Positions 15,926 through 31,739 of a stretch of DNA of 64,000 bases are shown one piece after another (position 1 is the first letter of the stretch; each line of letters starts with the position of its first letter). The translations under genes were made by a program, and so were the position numbers. The DNA comes from Lingula anatina. Taxonomy: Eukaryota > Animalia > Brachiopoda. The stretch covers positions 16,886,534 to 16,950,533 of the forward strand of contig CM120644.1 in the NCBI GenBank assembly GCA_051362555.1. The letters run 5' to 3'. A model generated the notes under the pieces. The model was not told where the DNA came from. It did no database searches and saw only the letters and a list, made by a program, of their open reading frames with translations.

Positions 15926-18900
15926 CAAGTTCATGTACATGTGTGGGATAGAACTTATCACATCTTCACATGTGCAAGATGGTGAAAAATGAGAGAGAGA
16001 CAGAGAGAGAGAGAAAGAGAGATGGGGAAATATTTACCTTGTTCACAGCAGTGCATTCTTTGCCCACACAAGGAGCACTGTTTAAATATGGTGTCACAAC
16101 TTCTACACCTCCTCCATCGCCAAAGTCCCAAGCAAAAGTCAAGTTGGTTCCTAAGGCAACAGATCCCTGCATGGTAACAGGGACATCCTTGAACACTGCA
16201 ACCAATCGCTGTGTGGCATTTATTGACTGCGGTATGCATGATGGCAGCTGATGAACTGAGTCTGACAGGAACAGTTGTAAATCTGTTGGACGCGGAACTA
16301 CCACTGACTGGTTTAAAAAAGAGCTGCCAGTGGAAACCAAGTTGGTCACTTGAATATCTGTAAAAAAAAAGGATGTGAATATCAATTAAAAAAACTCACA
16401 AATAACAATCATTAAACTGAAAGATTAGAACAAGGCTAAAACAATGGTCCATTTCTCTGTTTTGCTTCCTTCTCACTCTTCGCCAACTTGTTGACTGTTT
16501 CCAAGTCTTAAATTCTGGAAAAAGATACAACAGCCTAACAAATGATACCGTCTCCACTGAAAAGGTTGCCTGCACTTGGTATTACTGGAAATCCTTACAA
16601 TATCTTACAGTTCGCCTTTTAAGTGGTAAACAACAAAACCCTCTAGCTACATCAGGTACAGATTCAAAAGTGCAAATGCCACTCAAAGCAATTAACATTA
16701 CACAGGAATCTAAAACCCAGATAAATTTCTTAACTGCAACAAAAGAATGGCAGGTAAAATGAACAGATATATTCCAAGACAGAAGTCACGTCTACATTTC
16801 TCCCAATGTGTCCTCCTTATCTGAAGTTTGGACAGTTGGCAATTTTACGCGATAAATAAGCAGTTTTAATCCTGCTAAATTTCCACCCCGTGTTTGCAAA
16901 CCAATTCACAAGTGTCCAATGCAAAATTAACCCTCATCCCACTGATCTTCGAGGTTCAAACTGGCCAGTAATAACTTGTGAAATCTTTCCAGCTCCAAGA
17001 TAAAGGGAAGAGAGAAGGCGTCCCAAAGCTTTAATGTCCTTTAATGAGAGCCTGTCATTGAAAGGAGGGGTATCACATGTCCCTGTGTCGAAATTAAACA
17101 CCCTGGTATCACAAAGCAAACTCATACATTTTTGGCTTATCTCCGCCATGACACCCTGGTGCCGCGAAATCTAATTTTATTTTCTTTTCGCAGTCAGTGC
17201 GTCTGACCTTGCCTTGACATACAAATATATATATTTATACATGCACAGAATTAAGAAGGTCCACCATCTTTCAATTTCATGTTTTACAAATTCACTTATT
17301 ATTTGATCTTTTAAATTCTAATTCACTTAATATTTTGTCTTTTAAATTTTAGCTATCTATCTTTATATTCATTCATTTTCATAACGGAAAAAATAGATCT
17401 TATACTGAATGCAATATTAACATCGACCGGTTCAAAACACATCTTAATTCTGTGTATTGTGAACACGCCCACTGAACTTCACCTGGATTTATCACCAGGA
17501 AGCAATGGTTTGTGGAAAAAGATAATGAGCCCATATCTATTCAACAGAGAAAATGATCAGAACTAAAGCATGTGATTTACAAGTCCAGGATCAATATGAT
17601 ATCATAATACAATAATAAAATTATCAGTAAAAATTGTACCTCTGCCCCCCCCCCCCCCCCCCCCACCTTTCCCAAATAATGCAGAAAAATCTTTAACACC
17701 ATTTTTTGTGGGGAAAAACAATTGATTACAAATATCCATTATATTTTATGAAATTTAACTTTCAGTTTCAGTCTTTCATATCAAAATTAAGTCAGTGATA
17801 AAAAAGCATGTATTTAAGGGTAACTCTTGGGTACTTTTCAATGTGTTGTTATTCAACGTACTGTTAATAATTGGAAACATTTTCCAGCAATTTTTAGATC
17901 TGATGGAAAGGAAGTTCTCACCACATGTGCCCAAGTTGCCAGCCAGAGGGCAGACTAGCCCACGAATGACGTCACAGTGAACAGATCTATGGTAATTACT
18001 CTCAAATTTCACACACCTCATGGTTTGAAATGCTTCATTTTTTATCTTTTTAATAATTCTATTAATTTTTTAAAAATCGGTCATCATTTTTAGCTCCTCA
18101 CAACTAACATATCTTACAATATGACACAAAAGGATTTTCCTATATTTTGCATCATCATTTTCAAAAACTTCTAACAAAAATTTTTCTTTGATAATTTATA
18201 TCAATTTTGCTCAAATTGTGGGAATAATTACCATGTGCCATACTTAAATCCTCAAACCACCACCAGATAGAGGGCCACTTGGGTGAGAATCCGTCACCCA
18301 CAACACGATAAGGCTGCGATACGTACAATTTACTTTGTGATATGGACGTGTGTAACTTCTATCACATCTGATGTACGACATGCCAGACTCTGTTTTACAG
18401 GTCAACTGCCCTTATAAAAACTTCCCTCTTTATCAAAATTAACCTAACCGAGGATGTTAATAACATTTTAGTGATGTTAATTTTGTCATGATTCCTTATC
18501 TAGTTTGGACAGTTTTTATTTAATTAAACTATCAAATTTTTTTATGGGACTATGGTCTCTTGTGCCCACTGTTAACCTGTGACATTACATTCTGCAGAAG
18601 ATGCTTTGTAATGCATACATACAAATCAAATGAAAAAATAAAAATTGAGTTTAACAAAACAATGCTATAATTCATAATAGTAACTTGATGAACATAAACT
18701 TATAACAGTGATGTAATTTTTAAACTTATTTGATGAACATAAATTAATAAAACAGTGTTACGGTTCATAATACCAATCTCAAACACATCTGCTGTGCATT
18801 TACGTTAAACACCCGGGAATAAAATCCATTCACTAAAAAATAAGAAATTTGTCTCCACAATTCAAAAATGGGGGGGGGGGGGAGGAGAAGGAAAAAGAAA

Positions 18901-21900
18901 AAAAAAAGGAAGGTAAAGTTTGGATAAGCATCGAGTAAAAAAAAAGACCTTAAAGAACATTTCACCTCCAGTTACTGCAGGCACACAAACATTGACCCTG
19001 CAAGCAACCAAAGCTTAGCCACCAAATTTCTCAGTTACTTAAGCAACAGCTCTCAGCTCCTTCAGCGAGAACAGTAATTTAAGCCATTCCACTGCTTCCC
19101 CTGAACGCAGGTTAAATACAAAAAGAAAATCAATAAAAACCGAGCTCTAATAACCCGAAAAATGGCAAACACCACGTACTTTGGGTTTTAGCGATTATGA
19201 AACTACAACGTTGCTGTTTCTGATATTGGGGACTTGAGGTTTTGTTTGGGATTTAGCGATTAGAGGCATCAACTTGGGGTTGTTTATCAGAGAAGAGACA
19301 AATATTTCAGATTATCTGTGACACTCCAAGATTCTGGAGTGATTAAATTGTAGCAGAAAAGTCTCGATTGTGCTTGTGTGCAAATAGGGACGTGAAAGAA
19401 TGTTTGGCATTTTTAATAATGCCAAACTGCGATATGATACAGGAAGGTTATTATATAAATTTGGAACATTTCAACTACAGAAACTGAAAAGTGAGGTGAC
19501 CCATACAAACATAATCAATAGCCAAAAATATCCAAGATAAGACTCTGAGCCAAAATCTATCAAGACTGTGAAAAAAAAAATGTTTTGATCTTCTTAAAAC
19601 TAAATCACTCTGCTCAAATCCAAAAAACAGAACTTTGAGAAAAATAATAAAATATATTTTATTTTCTCTTCCTAAAATAAACCACTCTGATCAAATTCAA
19701 TCTCTCTAGAAATGCATATCAAAATGCGTTAAAATAACACTCGATCAACATTCCTGACAGCTTTGATAAGATCTGCTGCAATGTACACAATGTGACTCTA
19801 CATTCATATATGTTTACGGCTATCACTATTATGCCAAAATACACATTACACAAGATTTTTAAATATTATCAAAGACACAAATTAAGAGCATAAATATCCC
19901 ACAAACTGTACATTAGACCATTCCCTACAAGCTCATATCTAAAATAGTTTAGATTTTTTTTTCTCTTTGTCTGTAGTCATGAAGTGTATCTGTCATTTTT
20001 ACACCCATGGTGCCAAACGCAATTGTTTTACGCTACTCATAACTGTGCTACCACTCAGTCCCATTGTTCTGTAATAATGTACAAAGATGGTCCACGCCCT
20101 TTAATTATATCTCCATAGCGATACAATGTTAACACATACAACATCGTACTATACGCCTTCAGGTGTGTTCACAAGGGTAACCAAGTTGGGACCTCCCAAA
20201 AATTGGACTAAATGGGGGTATTTAATGTGATCAAGTAACCGTAGTAATAAACATTTGATGTTTAAGAGCTATTTGGATTTTTGTTATCTGCTTAGAGTTA
20301 TAACATGATGTAATTTTGTCAATGTTTAGACTAGTAAGCTATTCCCAGGTGAAAACAGACCCTCTTAAGATGAAAAAATAGAAATTCCTAGATGATGAAT
20401 TCTTGAATTCTTCATCAAAAGGTAAGATATATCGTTTGAAGGCTAGAAAGCAAGGGACCAACGTCTCAATGCCAATAGATTACTGATGAAAAAAAAATCC
20501 CTACTTTCTATATTGATGTTGATCTTTAACCAAGCATAACCATCAATTCATATCTGATTTTGCATATCATTCTTTAAATGTTCACAAAAATACTGGCAAA
20601 GGCTCAAAATTACTTAACTGCTTTTTATACCATGAAAATAATTTTGTTATTGATAAAATTCTGTTGCTCCAAAAAAAATCTCAGTATCCTGTTTGTAAGA
20701 TAACCTGCACCACATTCCAATAGACTTCTCCAGTATCTGTTGCCCGTAGGCACCTTCAGGATCGCAATAAAAATTAATTTCACTTTAACGACAAGAATCA
20801 ATTTACTTGTTTTCAGTGTATAGCTGCATCACTAGGTGGCAAAAATGTCATCAGTCAAGAAGTCGGCTGCCACTTTACCTTTGCTTTTCTATCAGCAAGG
20901 AAAAATTTCAACAATGATTAGAAATATTCGTATTCAGCTTAAGATTAAAAAAAATATTTATTTTTTGTTCTTATCACCAATTTCTGATGGTTTGAGGATC
21001 ATTGTGACCAAGTGGGCTCATTAAAAAAATTTTGTCAAAATCATAAAAGAAATAAAACCCTATTTCATCTATTTAGCATAACTTATCAAATGACCATTTC
21101 ATTCCACCAGAAAAGAGGTACTGAAGAATCTTATTTAATTAGCCATAGTGGTAGAATACTTGGCAAAAGTGCCCACCATGGCAGACAACAAAAGACCTTA
21201 CTTGATGATTTTGAATTTTCAACAAGACAACTTTGGTCAACAGTGAGAAACAGAAACCTCTGGCAAAATATCAACGTTCTTGAAACATCGCATCGGTAAT
21301 GAAACATAAAGAAGAAGATGAAATTACCTCCCTCCCCCACCAACCAACTAACATATACAACAACAGACTTCATTATTAAATTTAATCTCAAGTATTATAT
21401 ATTGACATACACTTTGAAGAGCTATAAAAAGAACTAGAATAAGCAAACCAGGCGGGGGACATGGTGACTGTCTCATGTTGGACAAATCTAGACCCTGGAT
21501 ACTGAGTGTGATAAAAGAACATACTTCCTAATTTAAGAAGCGTGCGGGGACTTATCTTGAAGGGGGCCTTCTGATTAGTACGTGTTCTATTAAGGGTTTG
21601 TTTGCACTTAACTTAAATAACTTCAATTCATTCTTAAAGCATCTAAATTATGAAGTCTATGGCTCAAAATTGTTGACTTAATATTAAATGTGATGTTTCA
21701 AAAGAAAGCTGTTATCAAACTGACTTTGTAATCAACTATAAGTGACTGGCGGGACAAAAAGTCGCATGTCTCGAGGTTTAACTATCATCAACAGAGTTAC
21801 ACTTATAGGTGACTATAGCTCAAGATTCCTAGAGACCAACTAATTCATTTTCAAATTTTGATATGTGTCCACGTGTTGCACCTCAACTACAGGGGTGTCT

Positions 21901-23021
21901 AACTTGAGTTTACTGCAACAACCACAAATACAAGTTAGGTGCTCTTAAGTAAGTCACATGCTCTTTTGGTGAATCACGATATACAACTGACTGAAAGTTT
22001 GATGGCACAAACAAACTTCCATCCAACTTGCTGCTGGTGTGATTGCGCCCACACCAGTCCAATGGCAGGAATGACGCCATGTTTGAATATAATCCCACAA
22101 TTGTCATAATACAGGGCTTTGTGCTGTTTGTACCAGACACATGTTGAAGGAGACTGTGGTTGGTAATAACAGTATGCGAGCAATTTATTAACCTGCAAAA
22201 TCAATTTATGTGGTACTGTTACATGGAGATAATCAGAGGCAAACAGAAGTCATCTTCTGGGTCTTCCCAGGACAGTATTTTTTCAGTTTACAATGACAGG
22301 CATCTAAATTTTTTCTGTTGGAAGACAGTCAAAAATGGAGGATGGTTCAACAAAGATAATTTGGAAGACCGTCAGAAAATATCTCTGGATCCGCCCCTGA
22401 TAAATTGCCTTCTTGACTCAGCATGTCTTAATTTCTGTCTGACAGAAGAAGAAATACTAGAGGATACAAGTAAATTAACCAATTAAAAGGTGCATTTCCT
22501 GGTTTGTTTGTTTGTTTGTTTTTTCTGAGATTCTTACCAAGCCACGTCCACCCTGGTTGACTGAATGTGTGGATGATTGGCAGGACAAATGTTTCATTTT
22601 CCAAGGCGCTGATGTTGTCTTGTCTAAACTGTACACCGTCCAGACTCCAAACAAAAAAGAGCTCTCCAAAGTCGGATCCATTGAGACCAAGGAAACCTAC
22701 AAAGAAAAATTGAATATTTTCATTTTTTTTTTTTTTCACAATTAACCATTTTATAACGTACAGACTATCTTAAAACATATCTTTCTTTAGACATATGATC
22801 AAAGGCATACTATAGATTGCTTTCATGTTTTATCATCAAAAAATAGACAAGTTATTACTTTTACAATCTGCCTTGCAAGTCTATTTTATGTGATAATAAA
22901 CTTCTATATATCATAAAATTTCCCTCGCACACAATTGAAACAATCAACTTTCAATTTAGTCGAGTGTAGTTTTTTTTTTTTTTTGCACTTTTTTTCATAC
23001 CTCTCCCTTCATAAGTTGGTC

Positions 23022-23090
<69 letters not shown>

Positions 23091-24076
23091 GAAATAAATC
23101 ACTGAGGCACAGTTGCTATCTATACTCCGCAGCCTGATCTCTCACTCTGTACTTTTAATCTGCCAACCTGAAGCCTCATACATCATAACCGTGCAATTAG
23201 TTTTAAATGTGAGAGCTCACAGGAGAAATCATTCACAGAAAAACACACGCAAGTACTCAGAAAGAGCCATTCATAATGCGTGTTATGATCTACAACTCTC
23301 TGACACTCCAAACATCGACAGTATTTACAGAAACAGCCCTTTTACAAATGCTCCTTCAAATCAGCATAGTACTTCACTCTAAAATACCAATGAGATACTT
23401 CTCCAAATGTCACAAGAACATGAGAGGCATGAAACCTTTGCTTTTTCCATTCACAACCCTATTTGTATGACTTTTACTCCTCTAAGTCTTCAGTGAAGCC
23501 TACTTAAGTAAAGGAAACATGCCTGACTGACAAGGGATAAGTTTCAATGAAATAAAAAAGAATCGTTACTTCTGAAAGATATTGGTACTGCAACCGCTAG
23601 GTCTAAACTGTACACCAGAGTGCAAACACTTCTGAACACGTTTTAGGTCAAGGTCAAATAAGCCAATGACCTTGACCTGGATTTGACCTTGGTCATAAGG
23701 TAGTGCTCTTTACTGTGAATGATAATTCCATATGCTGAAACTGTGGTTGTATTCTCCCCAGGGAGATAAGAACGAATCAGGATTAAAAAGATATATAATA
23801 GCCACGCACATATTGCAAACAAGCAATGTGCAGGTTTTAAATATATATATAAATGTGTCTGTTTCTTAAATTTGTAAATGCATTTATCCTAGTCACGGGT
23901 TGCCTGATTATTTAATAATGATGTGATTTAAGTATTATAATAATAATATAATCTAAATATTACCTTGAGACTGATCTTTGAATGCTGCCATAAATTACAA
24001 TCCAGAAAATTACAAAATAGTACTGTTCCTATTTCTAAAAGAAGTAAATCATTTCTAATAACTGTCTTTGTATTTA

Positions 24077-24109
<33 letters not shown>

Positions 24110-26666
24110 TCTTAAGCCCACCATTCAAATCACAAATACCTCGATCACACCACTGTTTGAAACCAACTTCCTTGTCGCTCAACTCTTTTACAGCAATGGC
24201 TTATCAACAGATAACGGTTCACCATTTTCTCACTTGACCTAGTATGGTGACAATTTTAAAATATGTCCCTTCGCCCACCTACCAATGCTGGAATTCACCT
24301 AAACTGACCACAGCAGTTAGAATTCCTTCATAAACCCATTGTCTGGCCAGCACAATTATTTAATTACCAACATTTTTTATCAAGATACTCCAGTTTTCCT
24401 ACCAAAATAAGAACTTTAATGATTCCTTTTTCTTTTTTGGCAATTCATTACTAATCTTACAAAAATCACCTTTCTGGGAAGGCTCCCTTGGACAGCTAGT
24501 ACAAACACTCAATTTTTTACGCCTCAGTTTCCACCGGGACCAACTTAAACCTGAAATCACCTGCAAATGCAATAAGAAAAGCACCCCTTGTCTTAATACC
24601 TGTATTGGAACACGACTCGGAAGTATCTTCAAATTGCCTTCTGATGCTTTCAGTGCCATTCACTGTTCATATCTGTGTTGTTCCAAATCCAAGGTTACCT
24701 TAACAAGCATGCCAAAACACAGGGACCTTGTCTTACTGATTGGAAGGCCATTTGGTGGTTACTTTCCCATTTGTCCTGATATAATATGTCCCTTATCGGC
24801 AATAAAACTGGACAAATCTGAAAACGATTGCCCGTTTTTTTTCCTCCTGCCACTGTTGAAACAGATTTCCCTATTTGTAGTTTGATATGAAATTTAATTG
24901 TTTTTTATCACGTAATCAGGCATTGTGTTTTTCAGTTGTATTATGACTATTGTTATCGGGGAACGTCTGAGAATGGTTAAAGCTGTCAATTGAAAGATTC
25001 AATTAATTTCAGTTCTTTAATAACAATAGCTGTATTACTAATGAAAAACAAAAAGATACGGTTTGTGAACCCAGTAAGGGTGTATTCCCAGAGATTTAGA
25101 TCGATCCAGAGATTAAGATTTAGATCGACCTAACTCCCTGGGGGTTCACGCTAAACTGCAGTCAGCCGAGCGCGCACCATAGTTAATTACCCCTTACAGC
25201 TTTCAGTAGGCGGGACAAACGCTTAAGCCGGCTAAGCTAACAGTAATCTAGTGAGACTCCCCACGGGGATAGATCGATCTAAAATCTATGGAAATGGGGT
25301 CTAAGTTATTTTGCATTTAGATCGCATCTCTACTAAAGTTTAAACAGTCTAAGGGTGCCTTCCCAAAGAATCAGAAATTATTGTTTTATGATAAGCTTTC
25401 ATGTGCACTTGGCGTCTGGAAACTTTTTTTACCGAGTTTTGGGTGCGACCTAACACGCACACTTAAGATAATCACCCAGAAGCTGCTTGAAGAGGCAGGG
25501 CTCCATAACTCGAAAGCATCGCGTATTGCGAATAGCGATATCACATAGAGGCTACAATGTATTATATGGGGTGAGTATGGGCAAGTTATATAATCAAGAC
25601 GCTTGCGCTTGGTCGCAATGCACGATGCTTTCGAGTTATGGGGCCCAGGTCTTTCAGTTAATCTGATTGCATTCAGCAAGAGTCCCCACAAAGTTGGATC
25701 AACCTAGTATAATACCTTCATTGGGAATGCACCCTTAGTTGCTATACACTTTCTCTAACTTGCTTTTTTTGCTAAACACAAATGTGCTACTACACAATCA
25801 AAACCCCATGTGGAGCAAAAAGGTAGGTTTCAAGTCTTAGTCATTTTTGTTAAAACACCCCAGACAGTCAACATTTTTTCAACACAAATATTTTCATTGT
25901 TTTTTTTTTTTTTTTTTTTTTTTTGTAAATATTTTGCTATAAGTCTATATCAACAAAAACCCACATAAATGATAAAAGAATGATCAGATATCTTCCATCT
26001 ATATGCATACCATTTTCAAGTATCCATTCCATTTCTGCAAATTCTATTAAATACTATTTATTCAGGTAATGGCATAATCAAGATACTTCCTCTTTCAAAC
26101 AAATAATGCAAAATCTTCTTTCAGCATTTCTAATGGCATAGACATGATCCATAAAACCCTTATCAGGACTCAATTGTTGCAACAGTTTTCAATTTCCTTG
26201 TACCTTTTTAAATTAAATATTAGCAAACCCCATGTATTATATGACTGGAGAGTTCCCATAATGTTCTATCCCTTCAGGCAATTTTATCAATTCAAACAAA
26301 TAAAGGCTTCTAAAATAGGTAACTTTATATTCCCCAATAACATAAAAATAATAACCATTTTTCATGCATTTTTTAACCCTTGCCTACATCACCCATAAGC
26401 ATATTTTGACTGAGTCCATTTTTTACAACCAAGCGATTCAGAAATTTGAAAGACATTTACAAACTTCAAAGTGACAACCTATACAGTTTTATTGTTCTCT
26501 TTTACTTTGATGTGCTACTATTCATGGCGGACCATGGCAGATCGGAACATAATATGGTCAAGTCTATGGACTCCCTCTGGGAAGATAAATTGACATCTTT
26601 TGTCAACTTTATTGTTGGGCAAACATAAAAAATTCAAGAATACCCTAATATCTTATGTGACAACTG

Positions 26667-26699
<33 letters not shown>

Positions 26700-26770
26700 A
26701 GCCAAGCCATGTTGTAGGCAAAAACTTTTGGACTCTTTCATGTTTTTTTTTTGTTCCAGATGTTCACATA

Positions 26771-26817
<47 letters not shown>

Positions 26818-27397
26818 GATTTTCTTTTCTTTTTTTTTTCTTGCAATAAATAAATAAATGAATAAATATATTAACTTTTGAACTCTATCATATTAAGGTT
26901 TTAAAATTCTTTTACTATTTTAATACTTATTAAAAATTTTTATACCTTTCTGAACCTATGCCACCTTCAGGTTTCGACAATTTTATATGAACTTTTCTGT
27001 GCAGCATCTATGCTTCAGATTTTACTAATTAAGGAAAAAACTATTCCACCCAGAGGTTTTTATCTTCCTTCACTCATTTATATATATATATATATATATT
27101 CACTGACTTAGCTTTCTAAATGCCTTACAGTGGCGAGAACCTGATCAAACGCACATGAGTCCCATCTTTTTCAGAACTTTGGTAATCTTATGCCAGAGCT
27201 CACATAGGCAAGTACAAAAAGGCTTAAAAGCATAACAAGTCACTTCAATGTTGCCTTAGTGACACAGTCGAATAATAAACTTCACACAGTTCACCTTACT
27301 GTACTCGGCCATCCACATTCACATCAAAAGTAACTTTAAACAGAAATTAAGGAAAATGTGTCATTCTGGCCCTTCAAACAACCAGTAAAATCCTACA

Positions 27398-27451
<54 letters not shown>

Positions 27452-30400
27452 TCTGCAGCAAGACTAAATTAGATCAGAAATCAATTTCTTGGTTCCCAAG
27501 ATAACCAGTGTGACAAAGTCCACACTCATCCCACTCAGTTCACATCAAAACCAAGTTAGTCCAGAATTCTAGTAAAGAAAGCTGTTAGACACCCTATGAA
27601 ACCCAGTGTTATAATATAAACCAGGGTTCCTATGAAAATCCACTGTAAAAATCTCAATTCACATCAGGTCAAATTTGAACAGAAATGTACTGTAAGAGTG
27701 AGACGGGCTTCGTACATATGTTAAAGCTGTAATATTAGCTTGCTATTTGATCTAGGGATACCTAACAATTGCAAAAATGGGGGAGACTTTGGAGATACTG
27801 AAAGTCCAGAGGACCTACACTACAAGACATCCACAAGTCTTCCTAAATTTGTGCAGGTTCATTAGTTCCGGTAAAAGTGTGGTTCATTTTCATGTATTGT
27901 ATTTCCACATAAACCTTGCCGGGGTTCAGAGAACCTGCATCATCAAATATTTTGCCAGTCCTCTGGCTTTTCAGGTGGTCATGACCGGTCTCTCAATTTC
28001 CTCATGTCTGGAATTGGTCATGAAATATCTTGTTTTTCTTCAAATCTCAGTCAAAAACATCATCCTAGAGAACTTTTCTCTTTTTTTTTCAAATGTATCA
28101 GTTCAAATATAATACGTCGACCACATTTCAATCTTTTCGTACTATGTCACTTTGAACCTTAAAACTTCCTATTCGTTGTTACAAAAAAAAAAAAAATCCT
28201 CTTCACCTTCAAGGCTTAACCAAACTAACCTTAATCTGTTCTCAGAAGTCATGTAAACCCAATGTTGGTTTTCCTTTCTTCCAAGAACCTGGTTTTCATA
28301 ACACATCCTAAAACCTAATATTACAGCCATGTCTACCATACCCTGGGGGCAGTGGCATTATACAAGGTGCCAATTAGCTAACCATCCTTGGAATCAAATG
28401 CCAATATCATCTATAACGAATCAGAGTGCAATTTCCTCATCATATTCTGAAGTTCAACTGGAGTTGTACTATGCAAATGACAAGATGATAAAGTTCTGAG
28501 AATCTAAGGAGAGAAAGTGAAAATGAAGCTTGACTGCAAAACTGTCATATATACAGACATTACATACAAAAAAAAAAACATACCGGAACAGATACCACAG
28601 TATCTAGGCGTTATAGATGTATAGAAGCGAAAAGGATGATCTTCTTAAAAACTTCATTAGGCATGTGATTTATCAATTTTGTGTCTCTTTCTGGAGACTA
28701 AAAAAAACTAAAATTACGAACTAAAGAATGTGTTAATTGATCTTAATTTTTTTCCACAACAGTTTTAAATAGGATATACCTTGGTGATAATGGGACATTT
28801 TTTAAAAATTCTAAGTTTTCTGTTTTTCTATTTTTTTTTTTTTCACTATTAAGGTCTACTGCATTAAGTATGCCTTCAACAATAAAAAGTACCTCATAAA
28901 TTACTACAACTGTCTGTAAAGTCTTTATAACAGCTTAAGGCATCATCTCACCAAAAATACAACCCAATCATATTTATCTTAGCATACTTCAAACTTGCAC
29001 ATTAAACTATAGACACTATCTTATCAACGAAACTCACCAACACTGAACACACAAATCTAAGTACTCCCGCTTTTCTACAAGACTGTTTGACACCATCAGT
29101 TATTTACAGGTTTGACACCCACAGTTTTCTATCTTAACATAACCTCCTGTCCTTCTTGTCACATTTTCCAGCTTTTCTACACTGAGGCTTCAAAACTAAA
29201 CCATTTTAGAGGCAAAATCTGGATCAGATCTTAAGATATCAAATGTTCAGGTTCACTTTCTCCAATCCAGAATCTGGACAGGATGTTGTTGTTGTCCTTG
29301 GAAACAAGTGCAAACCTGTCTAACACAGCACCCCTCATGGCTGTCAAATTGCAGTATTTTTTGCTTTGCCTTGGCCGTCATTTTTTTCCTTTGCTGTCAA
29401 AGGCCATACTTTAAACACATGTTGTTGTTAATGTTGTTGTTTAATGTTATAAAAAGCTTAACTTAATATTTTAACTTTTCTTCTAATTCTAGACTTTTAT
29501 TCGAAATCAAGCAGTGCCAAGGCAACACGTAAGTTATCACTCTGACAGGCTCTGACTGATGCTGATATGACAGACCATGTTATAGGTGGCTCTGATGCTT
29601 GAATAGAGGTCAAAGGTCAAGGATCAGGGCCTGAGAATTTTTCTAATACCTCTTATTGTATAAAAGTATTCTTTGATGAAGGCAAGGGCGAGTAAAGCAT
29701 GATTGACTGAGACTTTGAAAGGGTTTTGTTTTGTAGTACATGGAAATTGCATTAAATATGTTTCATTCCAAACAGTGCTCAACTCACATAAAGACAACTT
29801 TTAGCAAAAATCCCAAGATATTAAAAACATAGCTTTATACAGTAGCATTTTTAAAAACTTGTGCAATTCTTCATCAATAGGCTTAAAAATCATATGCAAG
29901 TGGGCCTTTTAAAATCCAAAGTTGATTAACTATATGGGGGGGTCTAGGTAGGGGGTAAATGCAACACCCAATAACTAAATTTCCAGATAAATCCAGAAAA
30001 ATTTAATCCGTAATGACATTTTTAGGGAAAAAAAATCATACAAAATTCCTCTTTTTTGCAAAAAATGAATGCAAAAAAGGTGACAAGGCAGAGAGTGAAT
30101 AAATCGAAGTACTTAAAAGTACCTTTGGTTTTAGAATTTTGTTCAGCAGAAATGTGACTGCAAATGACCTGTTACACAGCTGATGAAAATTCTCACTCAT
30201 TTCAAACCTCGAATACTCACACAATAAATCAATCATAGCCAGAGGAATATCCAGGCTTTATTTCCATTAAAGAACACAATTCACTTTTTAACCAGTGGTG
30301 CTTGACCTGCAATAACCTGGTCAATATTCCTTATTATTCCTCAGTAGGTGCATTCACATCAGGATTCACTCACAGAGATGAAAGTGGACCTCTATTTTGA

Positions 30401-31699
30401 GGGTCAGGGGAAGGGGCATATAACACCCAAATATCAAGATTTTTTTAATCCAGTCAACTTTGACCAGAAAACAGACTTAACTATTCTAAACATTTTTTGA
30501 ACAACCAGACAATTAAATATGAGATTTACAATCATCAAGCAGCATAAGGGGGTCCCTGGGATTAACTAGGCTCATGATGTCATTTAGATAGAAAGTTTAG
30601 GTTTATCCTGATGTGAACATGTCTCTGCTTTATAAGCTACCATTCTTCTGTCTTTTAACACCCATTGTATCTATATACGGTAGCTAGCTAGAGGATGGAG
30701 AGGTGAATGTTTACCCAGGGGATGATCTATTTACCCCGGGGGTTTGTAATCCAGAGCAGCTTTCACACCGTCACGTTGTGTCAACTAATTATAACAAAAT
30801 GCATGTGACTAATGAAACGAATCAGTGAAGGAAGCAGAACAGGTTTAGTGCACTGATCAATGCCATCGAGGGATTCAAGTGTTACAGGAAAAAGGCGTAA
30901 ACAAAATCAGAACAGGGCCAATGGTTTTTGGAGTCTTCAGGATATTTTTCACTGGTGATGGGCCAGCCTAATTAAAGGCTTTTTCGCACTGAGTTATACC
31001 TATATCCTGATGATTTAGCTTAACTTGTTTTGAGACATCAACAATTTAATAATCTCATTTTTTTAAAAGCAACAGATCACCTAAGTGGAGCACACACCCC
31101 CCCCCCCCCCCCAACCAACCAACCATCCTTTCCCCAAGCTCAACTAGGCCAATTATTGCTATTATACTTGGGTTATTTATGAAGAGAAATGGCCATTCTT
31201 TGCATTTTTTTTCTGACAAAAAAAAATCAGCTGTGGGCATAAGTCAAATAAAACTTCCATCACTTTTCTTCAATGGAAAATCTGGCCCATTGAACAAAAA
31301 CTAGGTAAAGTATGACCCAAACAAAATATTTTCAGCCCGTACCTTTTTATCATAGGCTCAAATCTACTCTTCCATACAAATAATATCAATCACAATCCAT
31401 ACCACACAGCTGAAAAAAAAAGGGATATGAATATTAAATACTCATTAAAGTGCAACATGATACCTCCACAAATGCAGTTATGACACAGCTTAAAATGCAA
31501 ATCATGATAAACGGCTACAATTTGCTGGCTCCCCTCTCAACTTCAATCATTGCTTAAAAAATTGATACCCTTGAAAAGATGTATTTACCGTTGCATTTGT
31601 AAGTCTAAACTGGTATTAAATTTCATTTGGTTGGGAAAAAACATCATTCCCTTGAATTTCCTTCTGAAATTTTTACCTGAATTTTTTTTCTTTCAATTC

Positions 31700-31739
<40 letters not shown>

